From the NCBI GenBank assembly GCA_964473525.1, contig CAYYPK010000017.1, positions 1,992 to 65,991 of the forward strand: a DNA stretch of 64,000 nt. The letters run 5' to 3'. The notes under the pieces were generated by a model, which was not told where the DNA came from, did no database searches, and saw only the letters and a program-made list of their open reading frames with translations. Below, one piece after another: positions 18,992-31,264 of this stretch; positions within the stretch are counted from its first letter, which is position 1, and each line of letters begins with the position of its first letter. The position numbers and the translations under genes were made by a program. This DNA comes from an uncultured bacterium (GTDB taxonomy: Bacteria; Poribacteria; WGA-4E; GCA-2687025).

Positions 18992-21900
18992 ATGTCTACC
19001 GCGCGGATACGCCGCTTGTCGATCTCGCTTATCACGGTCGCTGCTCTGGCGTTCGCGACGCTTTCCTCTTCCGGAGTAGAGCCCGCCGACGGACTCGGCG
19101 CCGTTTCGGAGAGCAACTGGGCGCTGGAGGTCTCGTTTGCGGGGGTCGCGGGAGGTCGTGACCGCACCCTTACACCTGTCGAGCTGGGAGTGCATCCGGC
19201 GGGAACAGGCAGCTTCGACCAGGGCATCGACCTGCTGCTACCTCCGCCGAATCCCGGCCCACTAGTGCCCGACGCGTATCTGTTCGACGCGGACGCGCCC
19301 TCATTTCTGCAGCGACTCACCCGCGACATGCGGGACACCCCAGCGTCGTCCCTCGACACGATGACGTGGACGCTCGTCTTCGAGAACAACGCCGAAGCCG
19401 ACTGGACGATGGGCTGGAATACCGCCGGCATGCCCGACCGGTGGGCGCCCCTGCGCATGCGCAGCGATGACATGGACATCGACATGCGCGAGGTGGGCAC
19501 GGTGGTAGTGCCGTCTCAGACCGAGGTGATCTTCACAATCGAGGCCACGCTACAGGACGAGGGCGACATCCTCGTCGCTCGAGGTCTTGCCGAACACCGC
19601 GCAACCTCGGAGACGGACCCACGGGCGATCGACCTCGCTGGCGACGACCCCGTCTTCGTCAACACCCTCGATCCGGGAGCCCCTGTTGCCGTGGAGGCGG
19701 TGTCCTCGGACCCCGACATCGTCAGCGTGTCCGTCGAAGACAACGAAGTCGTGCTGACGTTCGGAGAGCCGGGCGACGCGGTCATAACAGTGCAGGCCGT
19801 CAACGATGACGGCTCGCCGGGGCCAGCGGTGGACTTCCCGGTCCTCGTGCTTGCCGACGACGAGAACAACGAACCGCCGATTGTCGAGCCCATCCGCCCG
19901 ATCGTGATGGACGAAGGCGTCCGCGCCACTGTGGTCGTCGACGCGGTGGACCCCGACGATGACCCCGTGTTCGTGAGCGTTGTCAGGGTGAGATCCGCCA
20001 CTGGAGGGGGGGGCTCCCGCCCTCACGGTGTCTCTGGACCGCGACCTTCCGCAGGTCCACCTCGACGCTGGCGCCGTCGACAAACGCGGTGAGCGTTTCC
20101 TTGTGGACCTCACCGTGGAGGACGGCATCCACGAGCCGGTGCCGGTCGAATTCCTCGTCCTCGTACGTAGCGGCAACGAGCCGCCCGCTATTGGCGCGCC
20201 GGAGTCGCTGACGGTCGCGTCAGGCGAGGACGCCGTCATCAACGTCGTCGCCACCGACCCAAACGCGGGGGACGCCGTCGTGCTAACGGCCGTCCTTCGT
20301 GGGAGCTCTGGACCGACGACATCCGCGCTTGCCGCCGCCATCCGGACATTCAACCAGGCCGACGCCGTCGAAGCCGGGGGCTCGTTCACGAAGTCGTTTG
20401 TGTACACGGTCGAGCCGGAGCTTGAGGGGACGTACGCGGATATATGGTGGACCGCCGACGACGGCTTCGCGTCCACGTCGTCGGGTACGCAGCTCATCGT
20501 GGGAGACGTGAATCTGCCGCCGGAGGTCGAGCCCATCGACCCGCAAGTGGTGGAAGAGGGCGGCTTCCTCGAGGTTGCCATCGTCGCCTCGGACCCCGAG
20601 GGTGGGCCACTGACGGCGCGCGTGACAGGGATGCCCGAGGGTGCGTCGTTCGACCCGAACACGTTCGTGTTGCGGTGGACGACGATCCCGTTCGGAGCCG
20701 CCGGGCGCCACCTGCTCACCCTACGTCTCGTGGACGAGGGCGGGGCCAGCAAGACGTGTCCGATCAACATCACCGTCACCGATGTCAACCAGCCGCCCAC
20801 GATCGTCTTGGGGGACTCCACCGACGCGGAGGGAGTGATGTCCGAGTTGACGGTCGTACGCGGCCTCGAAAGCGTCTATGTGGCGCAGGCGTACGACGCG
20901 GACGGCGACGACATACAACTCCGGATAGCCGGCCTGCCAGAGTGGGTGCGCGGACGTCGCATCGGTGATCGGCGGAACCCGACGGCGATCCTTCAGTTGC
21001 AGGCGTTGGAGGACTCAGAGCCGTTCTCGTTCGTGCTCACGGCGACCGACCCGGAGGGCGTGTCCGCCGAAGAGACCGTGTCCGTGCTCATCGAGGATCC
21101 GCCGAACCTGCCCCCGCGCATCGAGGCGCCCCTGTCCGTGTCGGCCCAGGCCGGAGACATCGTCGATGTATTCGTGCCAGCGGTGGACCCCGACGAGGAG
21201 CCGCTGACGCTCACCATTGAGCCGCAGCCTGCCGGTCTCTCGTCGTCCGAGCAGGAAGGCGGCTTTCGCCTCACGTGGCGCACCGAGGAAGCCGACGCGC
21301 GTGACGAGCCATACGTGCTCACACTCACCGTGGCGGATGACGAAGGGGAGGAGGCTGCGGCCGTGTTCGTCATCACGGTCGAACAGCCAGCCAACCGACC
21401 CCCAACGGGAGGCGACCCGCTCCCAGTAGTCGTTGAGGAGGGTGACACGGTCGTGCTCGACCTTCTCGCTGGCGTCTTCGACATCAATGGCGATGTGCTG
21501 ACGGCGGAGCTGACAACCGATCTGCCACCGAGCGCCTTCTCATTCGACACCGCGGCGGGCATCGCCACGCTGACCGTGTCTCCGGCCGCCGGCGACGCCG
21601 GGGCGTACACGGCAGAAGTAACCATCAGCGACGGACGCGGCGGGCGGCTGGTCCACGGCTGGTCGGTCACCGTCCCGGCGGAGGTCACCGGACAGCTGCA
21701 GATCCTGTCGACCACGCCAACCATCATCGAGAGCACCGCGTTGGGCGGGTATCGGTTCATCGCTGTCATCACCACCCCGAACGGCGAGGATCCCGACAGT
21801 GTGGGTCTTACCGTAACCCACAACGACGGCGTGTCACGCCAGCTCGAAATGTCCGCTACCGGCGTAGGGGATCTCCTCGATGGGGCGATCTTCGCGGTCA

Positions 21901-24900
21901 CGACGCGTCTTGCGGAAGGCTCCTACACGTACACGGTGGATCTGACGCTGAACGGCGAGGTGCAGACTCTGTCCGGTGACGGGCCTCGAGTGGGATCGAC
22001 GCTCGTGCAGCTTACGCAGGTCCGCGCGCTGGGGCGTTCGGGCGAGATTCCGTTCGCCTACGCGCTCCTGTACCCCAACCCGACAGGACGGGCGAACCTC
22101 GCGGTGGACTACCGGCGTCAGGCGGGGGATCCGTGGACGCCCGCCTCCGTAACCGGCGACCTCATCGAGGTGACGAGTGGCGTCCAGCTTACTTTCGTGT
22201 GGGATTCCGCCGCCGATGTGCCGGACGCTGCGTCCGAACCGATCCAGATACAGGTCACGCCCGAGAACGGGATTCCCCGTGTGCTGACGCTTCTGGTGGC
22301 GAACGTCCCACCGGCGGCGCCGACGCTCGACCTCCTGCCGCCGTCCTCGGTGACGACGGTGCGGGTCACGGGCCGCAGCGATTCACCAGGGGCGAACGTA
22401 GACATCATCACGCAGGACGGGGACGTCGTCGGCAGAGCGTTCGTGGAGTCAGATGGTCTGTTTGCCGTCACGGTCACACTGCCCGAGGGTCGGAGCCTCC
22501 TGAGCGCCATCGCGTCGCTGCCGACGGATGTTGACGAAAACGGGCCGCGCAGTCTCGCGTCTCGTCCCATTGAGGTCGTGGTTGACCCGGAGCCTCCGAC
22601 GCTTGCGGTCGCTTCTCCCGCGCGGAAGTCCACCGTGGCGACGCGCACTCCGACGATATCCGTCCGCGCGGACTTCGGCATCAGCGGCGGCGAGATCGAC
22701 TCCGCCGACATGCGCGTGAGCGGCAAATCCGTGCCGGTCGAGTATTCCCCGGAGAGCGGCGTGTTTACGGCGTCGAGGGAACTGCCCGACCTGCGGGTGG
22801 TGCTGGTTACCTTCGTCGTGCGCAAAGCGAACGGTCTGTCGTCCTCCGTGGCGTGGACGTTCACGGTAGATCTGTCCGCCGACGACGTTACGGCGCCTGA
22901 AGTTGCGGGCGTCCGACCACGTGGCGTGGCGCGTCGCGTGGCACGCGTAGAGGCTACGCTCAGAGACGGCGAATCCGGCGTGGACGCGGACAGCATTGAG
23001 ATCACGTTGGACGGCGACAGTCTTGCCCCCACTTTCCTGCTCAGCGACGCGCGCAACGGGCTCGCCGTCGCGGACATCCCCGATGAGCTCGCCCCGGGCG
23101 ACCACGAGATCGTCATCACGTTCGCCGACAGAGCTGGCAATGAGACAACGGCGACGAGGCGATTCAAGATTGCCGACGCCGTACAGCCACCGTCGTTGGA
23201 CGACGACTTCGACTTCTCACCCACGAATTCACCGAACGCGACACTCAGCGGCTCGGCGGAGCCCAACGTCGATGTGGCCGTGTTCGTCGGCAATGACCTC
23301 GCGGGAGTCGCTCCCGCGGACGAAGAGGGCGCCTGGGAACTGGACATCACGTTCGGCGCCGAAGGCTCCCACGTCATCCACGCGCAGGCGCAGGACGCTT
23401 CCGGCGTGAAGTCGACGGGCGTCGTGTTCGGCGCCGTAATCTACGACCTGACTCCGCCACGCGTCGTTGTCGCGGTTCCCGCGCTGGGTTCCGTCACGGG
23501 CGATCTCGATCCCGTCTTCATCGGCACGGTCTCGGACGGACTGAGCGGGGTAGACCCGGACACGTTCCTGTTCTCAGTGGGCTCTCCGTCGACGGCGACG
23601 TATGACGAGGCGACCGGACAGTTCACCGCGCAGGCGGACGATCCGCTTGCCAACAACTCGTCGGTGACAGTCGTCGTGACCGCGTCCGACCTGGCGGGCA
23701 ACGTCGCCACGCTCGAAGGCCCGGTGACCCTTGACGCGCGCTTGGGCGACGCCACGCCCCCAGCCATCCTGTCGGCGTCCATCGACGGATCGGCCCTCGC
23801 CGAGGGCGCGACTCCGGTGGTTCGCTCACTTCCGGCGACCGTCGCTCTGAGCGTCGTCGATGACCGGTCGGGTGTAAGCGGCGTCGCCGGCTTGCTGGAC
23901 GGCGAGGAGATCGAATTCACCGTCGAGGGCGACGCTGCAACGCTCGTCGTGGACGGTCTCGCAATCGGCGAGCACATTCTACTCGTGCGCGCCTCCGATA
24001 CGGACGGCAACATCGCGACGGTGCGCAGGTACACGTTTGCCGTCGGCGCGGCGCTGGCCGCTCCGTCCATTGACGCGCCCGCCGTGACATCCAACCCCGA
24101 CCTCACCATCACGGGCGTGGGCATCCCACCGTCGGTAGACTTCCGGTTGCTTGTGAACGACGCGCCGGTTGACGTGTCTGTCGTTGGTGATGCCTTCACC
24201 TCCGCCCCCGCCCGCTTGCAGGAGGGTGAGAACACAGTCGCCGCGATAGTCGAGGACACTGCGGGGGAGATCGCGCAAGCGGCCTCCGTCGTCCTTCTGG
24301 ACACGCAGGCGCCGCGCGTGACCTTCCTGGAGCCGATAGCCGGGGCCGCCGTCGGGCCGCAGGCAGACACTGTTCGCGTGCGCTTTGACGACGACACGGA
24401 GGTCGACGTCGGCTCCGCTCGCCTGACGCTCGACGGGGAAGAGGCGCCACTGACGGACCTGGATGGCGTCACCGCCGAATACGTCGCGGCCGAGCCGTTC
24501 GCCGCGGCGGAAGTGGACGCCGTCGACGCGCGCCCGCGCTTCGCCCGCGCGGTTGTCCGCGATACGGCTGGGAACCTGGGCTCGGCGAGTATCGCATTCG
24601 TCGTGGACACCACCGCTCCGTCCATTGAGGGCGTCATGCCTGCGAACGGCGAGGTGGCGCAGACGCTCGAACCCACCGTGTCAGCATCCATCACCGCGAG
24701 AGATGTCGACCCGACAACGCTGGAGGTGCTATTCGGACCGCAGGGCGACACGATGGTGTCCGTCGTGGGCGACGCCAACTTCGAGTACCTCGTCTCCGTC
24801 GACACGTTCGTCTACGTCCCACTCGTCGAGGACGGGGGAACGTACGACGTGCTCGTCCGGGTAGCCGATCAGGCTGGGAACGTCGCCGAGAGCGCGTGGA

Positions 24901-27677
24901 CGTTCAGCGTGGACACGCAGCAGATCGACGAGGTGGCGCCCATCATCACGGTGCTTTACCCGAAGCCGGGGCAGGCCATCAACGACGGCGGGCTCGACAA
25001 CCTGTCGTTCTCGCTTGGGGACGCCGCCGGAGTAGACCCGAGCCGCGTGCATCTCTTCGTGAACGACCCTACGGGCGCCGCCCCTCTTCCCCTTGGCCGC
25101 TTGGAGGAAGAAGGCATCGCGCAGTTCAACCGGTCCACTGGGGTGGTGCGTATCCTTGGTCGCCGGCTCTTCCGCCCCTACCAGGGCGCGCGCGGCGGCT
25201 TCTCGTTTGACCCACTGGAACTCAACGCCCTCGAGCGATCCCTGACGGGCGGCGAGGCCTCCTTCGACCCATTGGAACTCAACGCCCTGGAACGCAACTT
25301 GTCGGGCGCCGACGCGGCGTTCGAGCCTCCCGAGGCGAACACCATCGCCAGTTCGTTGGGCCAGAGCGGCGGCGGACTATCCTCGTCGTTGGAACGCTCT
25401 CTGAATACGGGTGTGGGGCTGCTCGGGCGGGGCGAGAACACCATGGGTGTGCAGGTCGCCGACCTGTCCGGGAACGTCTCGTTCGCCACGTGGTCGTTCT
25501 CCGTGTCGCTCGATCCGCCAGCGGCGCCGGTGTTCGACGATCGCGGAGCGTCAACGGGTGACCAGCTGACGACGGTCGCCGGCCACGTCCCTGGTCTGCT
25601 GACAGGAGAGACGCTCCCAGTAGTCGTGGACCTGCGTGTGAACGAGGTGTCCGCCGGTCGCGTCGAAGTGACCACTACGGACGGACGCTTCGCGTTCACT
25701 AACGTCAGCATCGTCGCGGGCGACAACGTAATGACCGCCACGGCGGAAGACAATGCCGGCAACCTCAGCAACCGCTCCGATTCAATGACGCTCGTCGGCG
25801 ATCTGGTCGCCCCGGTTGTAACGCTGCTGTCCACACCGTCCGCGCTGCCCACGAATCAGTTCACGCTCAGCGGCAAGGTGGCGGATGACCGCAACGAGAC
25901 GCCGGCGTCGGTGACCGTCAAGCACAACGACACAACCATCGAGCTCGGGGCGGCGCTTGGTTCGTTCAACCAGCTCGTGACACTTGACCCAGGGGCGAAC
26001 ACGCTGTCCGTGGAGGCGGTAGACCCCGCCGGGAACGTCGGTTCCTCCCCAGAATTCACGATCACCATCGACGACACATCGCCGGAGACCGCGCCTGCGA
26101 GCGTCACGGCGCGCCCGACGTCTGACGGCAGAGGCATAGCCCTGTCCTGGGCGGCGGACACGAACGCTTCGAAGTACGTGGTGTACCAGTCGTCGAGCTT
26201 CTTCACGGACGCGACGAACGCCGACCGGATCGCCGAGTCGGTGAGTGGCACGTCGCACACCGTCACGTCGATCGAGTACGGGGCCACGCGGTACTACGGC
26301 GTCGGGTCCGCCGACGCTGCTGGGAACACCGATCCCGCCGTCATATCTCCTGTCATCAACGTGGCGCTGATGGATCAGCGGGGCGGCACGGCGTCGCTTG
26401 CTGACGGCACGCGGTTGACGGTGGCATCTGGAGGTCTGTTCACGAGTCCATTGCAGACGGCTACCGTGTCCCTCACGCTTCCCGACAGCGAAACACCACT
26501 AGGGCTCGCCCTCGACGGCACCACGCGCGAGGTGGCCGCGTACGCGTCATCGGGAGCCGCGGTTGGGAACTTCGAGCGCCTTCCGTCGCTGCGCATACCT
26601 GTCGACGCCGATGTCGACCTTGTGGATGAGCCACCCGTGATGCGGCAGCAGTCCGGCGCCACGTGGGAGAAGCTCGACAGCGCGCAGGATGTCGTCGGTC
26701 GCGCTGTCACCGCCGATGCGCCATCGCCTGGCACGTACCGACTCACGGAGGACGGTGACCTGTCCCCACCGTGGGACGTGAACGGCGATGGGGTCGTCAA
26801 TATCATCGACCTCGTGACGGTGGCGCGTGACTTCGGTCAGAGCGTCTCCGTGGGAACTCCATCCGACACCAACGGTGATGGTCTCGTCAACATCATCGAC
26901 ATCGTGACGGTGGCGTCCCATTTCGGGGAGGACGCCTTCCCCGCGGCGCCGTCGCGCTCCATGCCAACGGGCTCGGACGCGACGGTGTCCCTGCGGCTGC
27001 TGCCCGCTACGTCGGGCCGACCGTTCGCGCAGGTCGAGGTCCACGCCAGCGCCACGACGCCCATTGCCGGCTACGAATTCCGGGCCGGTGTCGATCCGTC
27101 GAGAGCGACACTCGTGGACGTACGGCGCGGCGACCTGCTCCCGGAGCGTTCCTTCTGGATGCAGCCGGTGGTCGCAGGCGGCTCCGCACACGTCGCCGCC
27201 GTCCGACTCGACCTGGCAGGCGGGCCGTCTAGCCCCGCGCGGGACGGCGTGCTGGCCCGCATCACCCTGGACGCCAACGCCCCAGACGCGAGCTTGGTGC
27301 AGTTGCGCGACATCCGTCTCAGCGATGCCCGAGGGAACTTGATTCCACACCGCGTGCTGTCGCCCCGGGTTGCGAACGGAGCGTATCGCACCGCGCTGCT
27401 GCCCAACTTCCCGAACCCGTTCAACCCCGAGACGTGGATTCCCTTCTCCCTAGAAGCCGAGAGCGACGTCACCGTCCGCATATACGACACGACGGGCGCC
27501 CGCGTACGCACGCTCCACCTTGGCAAGCGTGCTGCGGGTGAATACGCCAAGCGCGGAGACGCCGCCTACTGGGACGGACGCAACGAACGGGGCGAGAGCG
27601 CCGCGAGTGGCGTCTACTTCGTCGAGTTGCGCGCTGGCGACACACGCGTGGTGCGCCGCATGGCGATTTCGAAGTAG
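18992..27677 (+). CDS. Giant secreted multi-domain protein of about 2890 aa when joined. It has dystroglycan-type cadherin-like (NxPP) domains, Ig-like/FN3 domains, a dockerin-like repeat pair and a T9SS C-terminal domain. As assembled it is interrupted by a frameshift in a G8 tract at 20006-20013 and appears as track ORFs 18992..20092 and 20028..27677.
   Basis: The N-terminus MSTARIRRLSISLITVAALAFATLSS looks like a signal peptide. Repeated NEPP.I / N.PP motifs are typical of cadherin-like CADG domains. An FN3-like segment is present (APASVTARPTSDGRGIALSWAADTNASKYVVYQS). Dockerin type I-like repeats are DVNGDGVVNIIDLVTVARDFG and DTNGDGLVNIIDIVTVASHFG. The C-terminus is a T9SS CTD (LLPNFPNPFNPETWIPFSLEAESDVTVRIYDTTGARVRTLHLG...WDGRNERGESAASGVYFVELRAGDTRVVRRMAISK). 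Removing one G from the G8 tract gives a continuous ...SATGGGAPALTVSLDRDLPQ... reading frame. Confidence 0.7.
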
Positions 27678-27708
27678 TTGTGCGCTCCGCACGACTATCG
27701 GGGACCGA

Positions 27709-27741
27709 CCCTAGGCGGTTGGGACGACCACGCGCCTAGGG
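27709..27741 (+). terminator. GC-rich hairpin immediately downstream of the giant gene stop (27677). Candidate intrinsic terminator.
   Basis: A perfect 9-bp inverted repeat, ccctaggcg (27709-27717) and cgcctaggg (27733-27741), encloses a 15-nt loop. No U-tract follows. Confidence 0.35.
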
Positions 27742-27804
27742 CTAGATATTGACCGGGGTCGGGCAGCGTTCATCCAGAACGACTCCCGCACGAATCTCGC
27801 CGAA

Positions 27805-27833
27805 TTGACAGCCCAGAACCAGGTGTGCTACTA
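27805..27833 (+). promoter_or_regulatory. Candidate sigma70-type promoter for acs
   Basis: A TTGACA -35 sits at 27805-27810. A weak -10 (ctacta/tactac) follows after a 17-18 nt spacer with TG just upstream. It lies about 70 nt upstream of the acs ATG at 27902. Confidence 0.3.
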
Positions 27834-27901
27834 CTGCTTCCGCCCGTCGGAGCAGGCGTGGCGACGGCATCTTCGCGCGTTCATGTCGAGAGGATTCATC
27901 G

Positions 27902-29854
27902 ATGGCTCAGGAGTCAGGTAGCGTCGCAACGGACAGCATGAAGTTCGACCCGCCGAAGGAGTTCCAGGACGCTGCGCTCATCTCCGACATGGACGAATAC
28001 CGTCGCATCCACAAGCGCTCGATAGAAGACCCCGAAGGGTACTGGGGCGAAGTCGCCAAGCAGTTCCACTGGTTCAAGCCCTGGGACAGCGTCAAGAAGT
28101 GGGATAACCCGTGGGTCGAATGGTTCGTCGGCGGCGAGACGAACATGGCGTACAACTGCCTCGACGTTCATCTCGACACCTGGCGAAAGAACAAGGCGGC
28201 GATCGTCTTCGAGGGCGAGCCCGGCGACGTGCGCACGCTGACTTACCAGCAGTTGCACCTCGAGGTGTGCCGCTTCGCGAACGCGCTCAAGAATCTCGGC
28301 TACGAGAAGGGGGACCGCGTCGCGGTCTATATGCCGATGATCCCGGAGCTGGCGATTGCGCTACTTGCGTGCGCCCGCATTGGCGTCACGCACTCCGTCA
28401 TCTTCGGCGGATTCAGCGCCGAGGCGATTCGCGACCGGGTCAACGACGCGACGTGCAAAGGCGTCATCACCGCCGACGGTGGCTGGCGGCGTGGACGCGT
28501 CATCGAGCTCAAGAAGGCGGTGGACGACGCGGTCGCTGACGGCGCATGCCCGACGGTCGAGAACGTCGTCGTCTACAAGCGATGTGAGAACGACATCGAC
28601 TGGGTCGAGGGTCGCGACGTCTGGTGGCACGACGCCATCGCCGACGTGGACGGAGACTGCGCCGCCGAGCCCCTGGACGCGCAGCACCCGCTCTTCATCC
28701 TCTACACGAGCGGATCGACCGGCAAGCCGAAGGGCGTCCTGCACGCCTTGGGCGGCTACATGGTCTATGCCGCGCACACGACGAAGTACGTCTTCGACCT
28801 CAAGGACGAGGACACGTACTGGTGCACCGCCGACATAGGGTGGATCACCGGCCACTCGTACATCGTGTACGGCCCGTTGGCGAACGGGGCGACGTCATTC
28901 ATGTTCGAGGGGGCGCCGAACTTCCCCGACTGGGGCCGCCTCTGGGACATGGTCGGGCGGCACAGCGTGGACATCTTCTACACCGCGCCGACGGCCATCC
29001 GAGCATTCCTGAAGCAGGGCGACGACTACCCCAACAAGCACGACCTGTCCAGTCTGCGACTCTTGGGAACTGTCGGCGAGCCGATCAACCCCGAGGCGTG
29101 GCTCTGGTACCACCGCGTCATCGGCGGCGAGCGGTGTCCCATCGTCGACACGTGGTGGCAGACCGAGACGGGCGGCATTCTCATCACGCCGTTGCCGGGC
29201 GTCACGCCGACGAAGCCGGGATGCGCCACACTGCCGTTCTTCGGCGTGGACCCGGACATCGTGACGCAGGAGGGCGAGTCCGTGCCGGACGAGGAGCAGG
29301 GCTTCCTCGTCATGAAGCAACCGTGGCCGGGCATGATGCGCACGATCTATGGCGACGACGACCGCTTCCGCGAGACGTACTGGGACGTCATCCCCGACCG
29401 CTACTTCGCGGGCGACGGGGCCCTGCGTGACAAGGACGGCTACTACTGGATCCTCGGCCGTGTAGACGACGTCGTGAACATCTCTGGGCACCGACTTGGG
29501 ACCGCGGAAATCGAACACGCCCTCGTCGGGCACGAGGCAGTCGCGGAAGCCGCCGTCATCGGCACGCCGGACGAACTCACCGGCGAGGCGCTCGTGTGCT
29601 TCGTGACGCTCAAGGGCGACCAGGAGACCTCGGACGAGCTCATGGCCGGCCTCATGGAGCAGGTGTCGCGCGAGATAGGGCGATTCGCGCGTCCGAAGGA
29701 GATCCGCTTCACGGAGGCATTGCCAAAGACGCGTAGCGGCAAGATCATGCGCCGTCTGCTGCGCAAGGTGGCGGCGAACGACCCCACGCTCGGAAACATC
29801 GACACGCTCGAGGACATCTCGGTCCTCGCCCGCTTGCAGGGCGACGAGGAGTAG
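27902..29854 (+). CDS. acs: Acetyl-CoA synthetase (AMP-forming)
   Basis: A 650-aa product with hallmark Acs regions: [12 protein letters not shown] (AMP-binding), WWQTETGG, and a C-terminal [11 protein letters not shown] lysine motif. Confidence 0.95.
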   Translation: MAQESGSVATDSMKFDPPKEFQDAALISDMDEYRRIHKRSIEDPEGYWGEVAKQFHWFKPWDSVKKWDNPWVEWFVGGETNMAYNCLDVHLDTWRKNKAAIVFEGEPGDVRTLTYQQLHLEVCRFANALKNLGYEKGDRVAVYMPMIPELAIALLACARIGVTHSVIFGGFSAEAIRDRVNDATCKGVITADGGWRRGRVIELKKAVDDAVADGACPTVENVVVYKRCENDIDWVEGRDVWWHDAIADVDGDCAAEPLDAQHPLFILYTSGSTGKPKGVLHALGGYMVYAAHTTKYVFDLKDEDTYWCTADIGWITGHSYIVYGPLANGATSFMFEGAPNFPDWGRLWDMVGRHSVDIFYTAPTAIRAFLKQGDDYPNKHDLSSLRLLGTVGEPINPEAWLWYHRVIGGERCPIVDTWWQTETGGILITPLPGVTPTKPGCATLPFFGVDPDIVTQEGESVPDEEQGFLVMKQPWPGMMRTIYGDDDRFRETYWDVIPDRYFAGDGALRDKDGYYWILGRVDDVVNISGHRLGTAEIEHALVGHEAVAEAAVIGTPDELTGEALVCFVTLKGDQETSDELMAGLMEQVSREIGRFARPKEIRFTEALPKTRSGKIMRRLLRKVAANDPTLGNIDTLEDISVLARLQGDEE

Positions 29855-29859
29855 AGCCA

Positions 29860-30275
29860 GCTCCGGCACGCATGGCGCGATGTCTACGTCCGCGGCGGCT
29901 GGAAACCCCGGGAACGGTGGTATGGGTGGATCCCTTCCCCCTGGTCCGGGGGAAGGCGAGGATGGGGGTCGCGCACATCCATGCGTCTTGACGGCGAACC
30001 AGCGAGGACTCCAGTTGTCGCGCCACTCGGTCGGCATAGCAGGAACTAACCCATGCTGAAGCCCGTGCCTGCGATCGTCTCACCACCGGGGACCCCAGCG
30101 ATGGCGGTGTGACTGGATCCCTTCCCCCTGGTCAGGGGGAAGGTGAGGATGGAGGTCGCGCCCATCCATGCGTCTTGGCGGCGAACCAGCGTAGACCCCA
30201 GTTGTCCGGCCACTCGGTCGGAATTGCAGAAAGTAGCCCATGTCGAAGCCCGTGCCCGCGATCATCTACCACATG
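29860..30275 (+). repeat. Tandem direct duplication with a 187-bp period, about 2.2 copies. It includes a 9-bp-stem hairpin and the 5' end of the DUF952 gene.
   Basis: Copy 1 (about 29913-30099) and copy 2 (about 30100-30275) align at roughly 85% identity. The hairpin ccttccccc-tggtc[ca]-gggggaagg sits at 29933-29956 and 30120-30143. The duplicated start ATG at 30053 (atgctgaagcccgtgcctgcgatc) aligns with the real ATG at 30240 (atgtcgaagcccgtgcccgcgatc). Weaker similarity extends upstream to about 29860. Confidence 0.75.
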
Positions 30276-30596
30276 ACGACCGCCGAGTCGTACGCCGTTG
30301 ACGACGGCGAGGGCGGCTACAAACCGGACTACTTCGACGAGGAGGGCTTCATCCACACGTGCGCCGAGCCCGAGTGGGTCGAGCGCATCGGCGCGCGCGT
30401 CTTCGCGGAGGACATCGACATCCTCCTGCTCGAAGTCGACACCGCGCGCGTGACGTCGGAGATCATCGTCGAGGCGGCCAAGAACCACTGGTTCCCGCAC
30501 ATCTTCGGGCCGCTGAACCGGGACGCCGTGCTACGCTCCGCTGTCATGGGACGTGACGCGAACGGCGCGCCGGTATTCCCAAGCGAATGGCGCTAA
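30240..30596 (+). CDS. DUF952 family protein
   Basis: A 118-aa product with IIYHMTTAESYA...EGFIHTCAEPEWVERI...DILLLEVD...HWFPHIFGPLNRDAV, matching the conserved DUF952 pattern (GFIH.s, FPHlYGPL). Confidence 0.7.
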   Translation: MSKPVPAIIYHMTTAESYAVDDGEGGYKPDYFDEEGFIHTCAEPEWVERIGARVFAEDIDILLLEVDTARVTSEIIVEAAKNHWFPHIFGPLNRDAVLRSAVMGRDANGAPVFPSEWR

Positions 30597-30640
30597 CTCC
30601 CACACGCCCGCGACGCCGCCGCGAAACGCGGTAAGACCCC

Positions 30641-31264
30641 GTGCCCAGCAGCGAACTTGTCATCCTGCTCGCTCTGTTTGCCGTCACGATGGGCGACCAC
30701 TCGGCGGTGCCCAACGCCTACGTGCTCGCCATGGTCCTCGCCAAGGGCAAAGGTCTCGACCCGTACGCCATCTTCGCGACGGCGTACGCGTCCGTCGCGG
30801 TCTATGAGAACGCGGTCTATTGGATTGGACGATGGACGCGGCGCCACAGCGCGCCGGCGTCTCGCGTCGTGCGCGCTCTCTCCCGTGGATCACGCTCCGT
30901 GAGCGCCGCCCTCGCGCGGCACGGCATCCTCTGGCTGGTATGCGGCCGACTCGTCGCGTTTCTGGGCCTGTACGTGCCGTTCGCCGCAGGGCAGATGGGG
31001 CGAGGTTACCCTACGTTCCTCGCGTGCACGACGGCTGGAACGCTGGCGCACCTCGCTGCCTTTGGGATTGCGGCGTACTTGCTAGGCGATCTCGTCGACG
31101 TGTACATCGAACGGATCGGATTCGGGTGGATTGGCGCGGGCGTGGTCGCGCTGTTCGTCGCGGGTCAGAGCTTCAGCTACTACCGCAGACGCCGAGGACG
31201 GCTCCGCGCGACGCAGGACGGGAGGCTGTCAGCCAGGAAGCATACTACTGATGAAGTTGAGTAG
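30641..31264 (+). CDS. DedA/VTT-domain family membrane protein (tentative)
   Basis: A 207-aa polytopic membrane protein. The segment RLVAFLGLYVPFAAGQMGRGYPTFLACTTAGTLAHLAAFGIAAYLLG resembles the DedA core. Confidence 0.5.
   Translation: MPSSELVILLALFAVTMGDHSAVPNAYVLAMVLAKGKGLDPYAIFATAYASVAVYENAVYWIGRWTRRHSAPASRVVRALSRGSRSVSAALARHGILWLVCGRLVAFLGLYVPFAAGQMGRGYPTFLACTTAGTLAHLAAFGIAAYLLGDLVDVYIERIGFGWIGAGVVALFVAGQSFSYYRRRRGRLRATQDGRLSARKHTTDEVE

Noticed and set aside
29860-30275. The tandem repeat as a CRISPR array
   Set aside because: It has only about 2 long (187-bp) units with about 85% identity. There is no short repeat/spacer alternation and no cas genes.
29855-30500. Minus-strand ORFs 28895..30037, 30080..30265 and 30132..30500 with similar N-termini (…EWRDNWSPRWFAVKTHG… / …EWPDNWGLRWFAAKTHG…)
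   Set aside because: Their similarity is a by-product of the 187-bp tandem duplication read on the opposite strand. They overlap acs and the DUF952 gene antisense.
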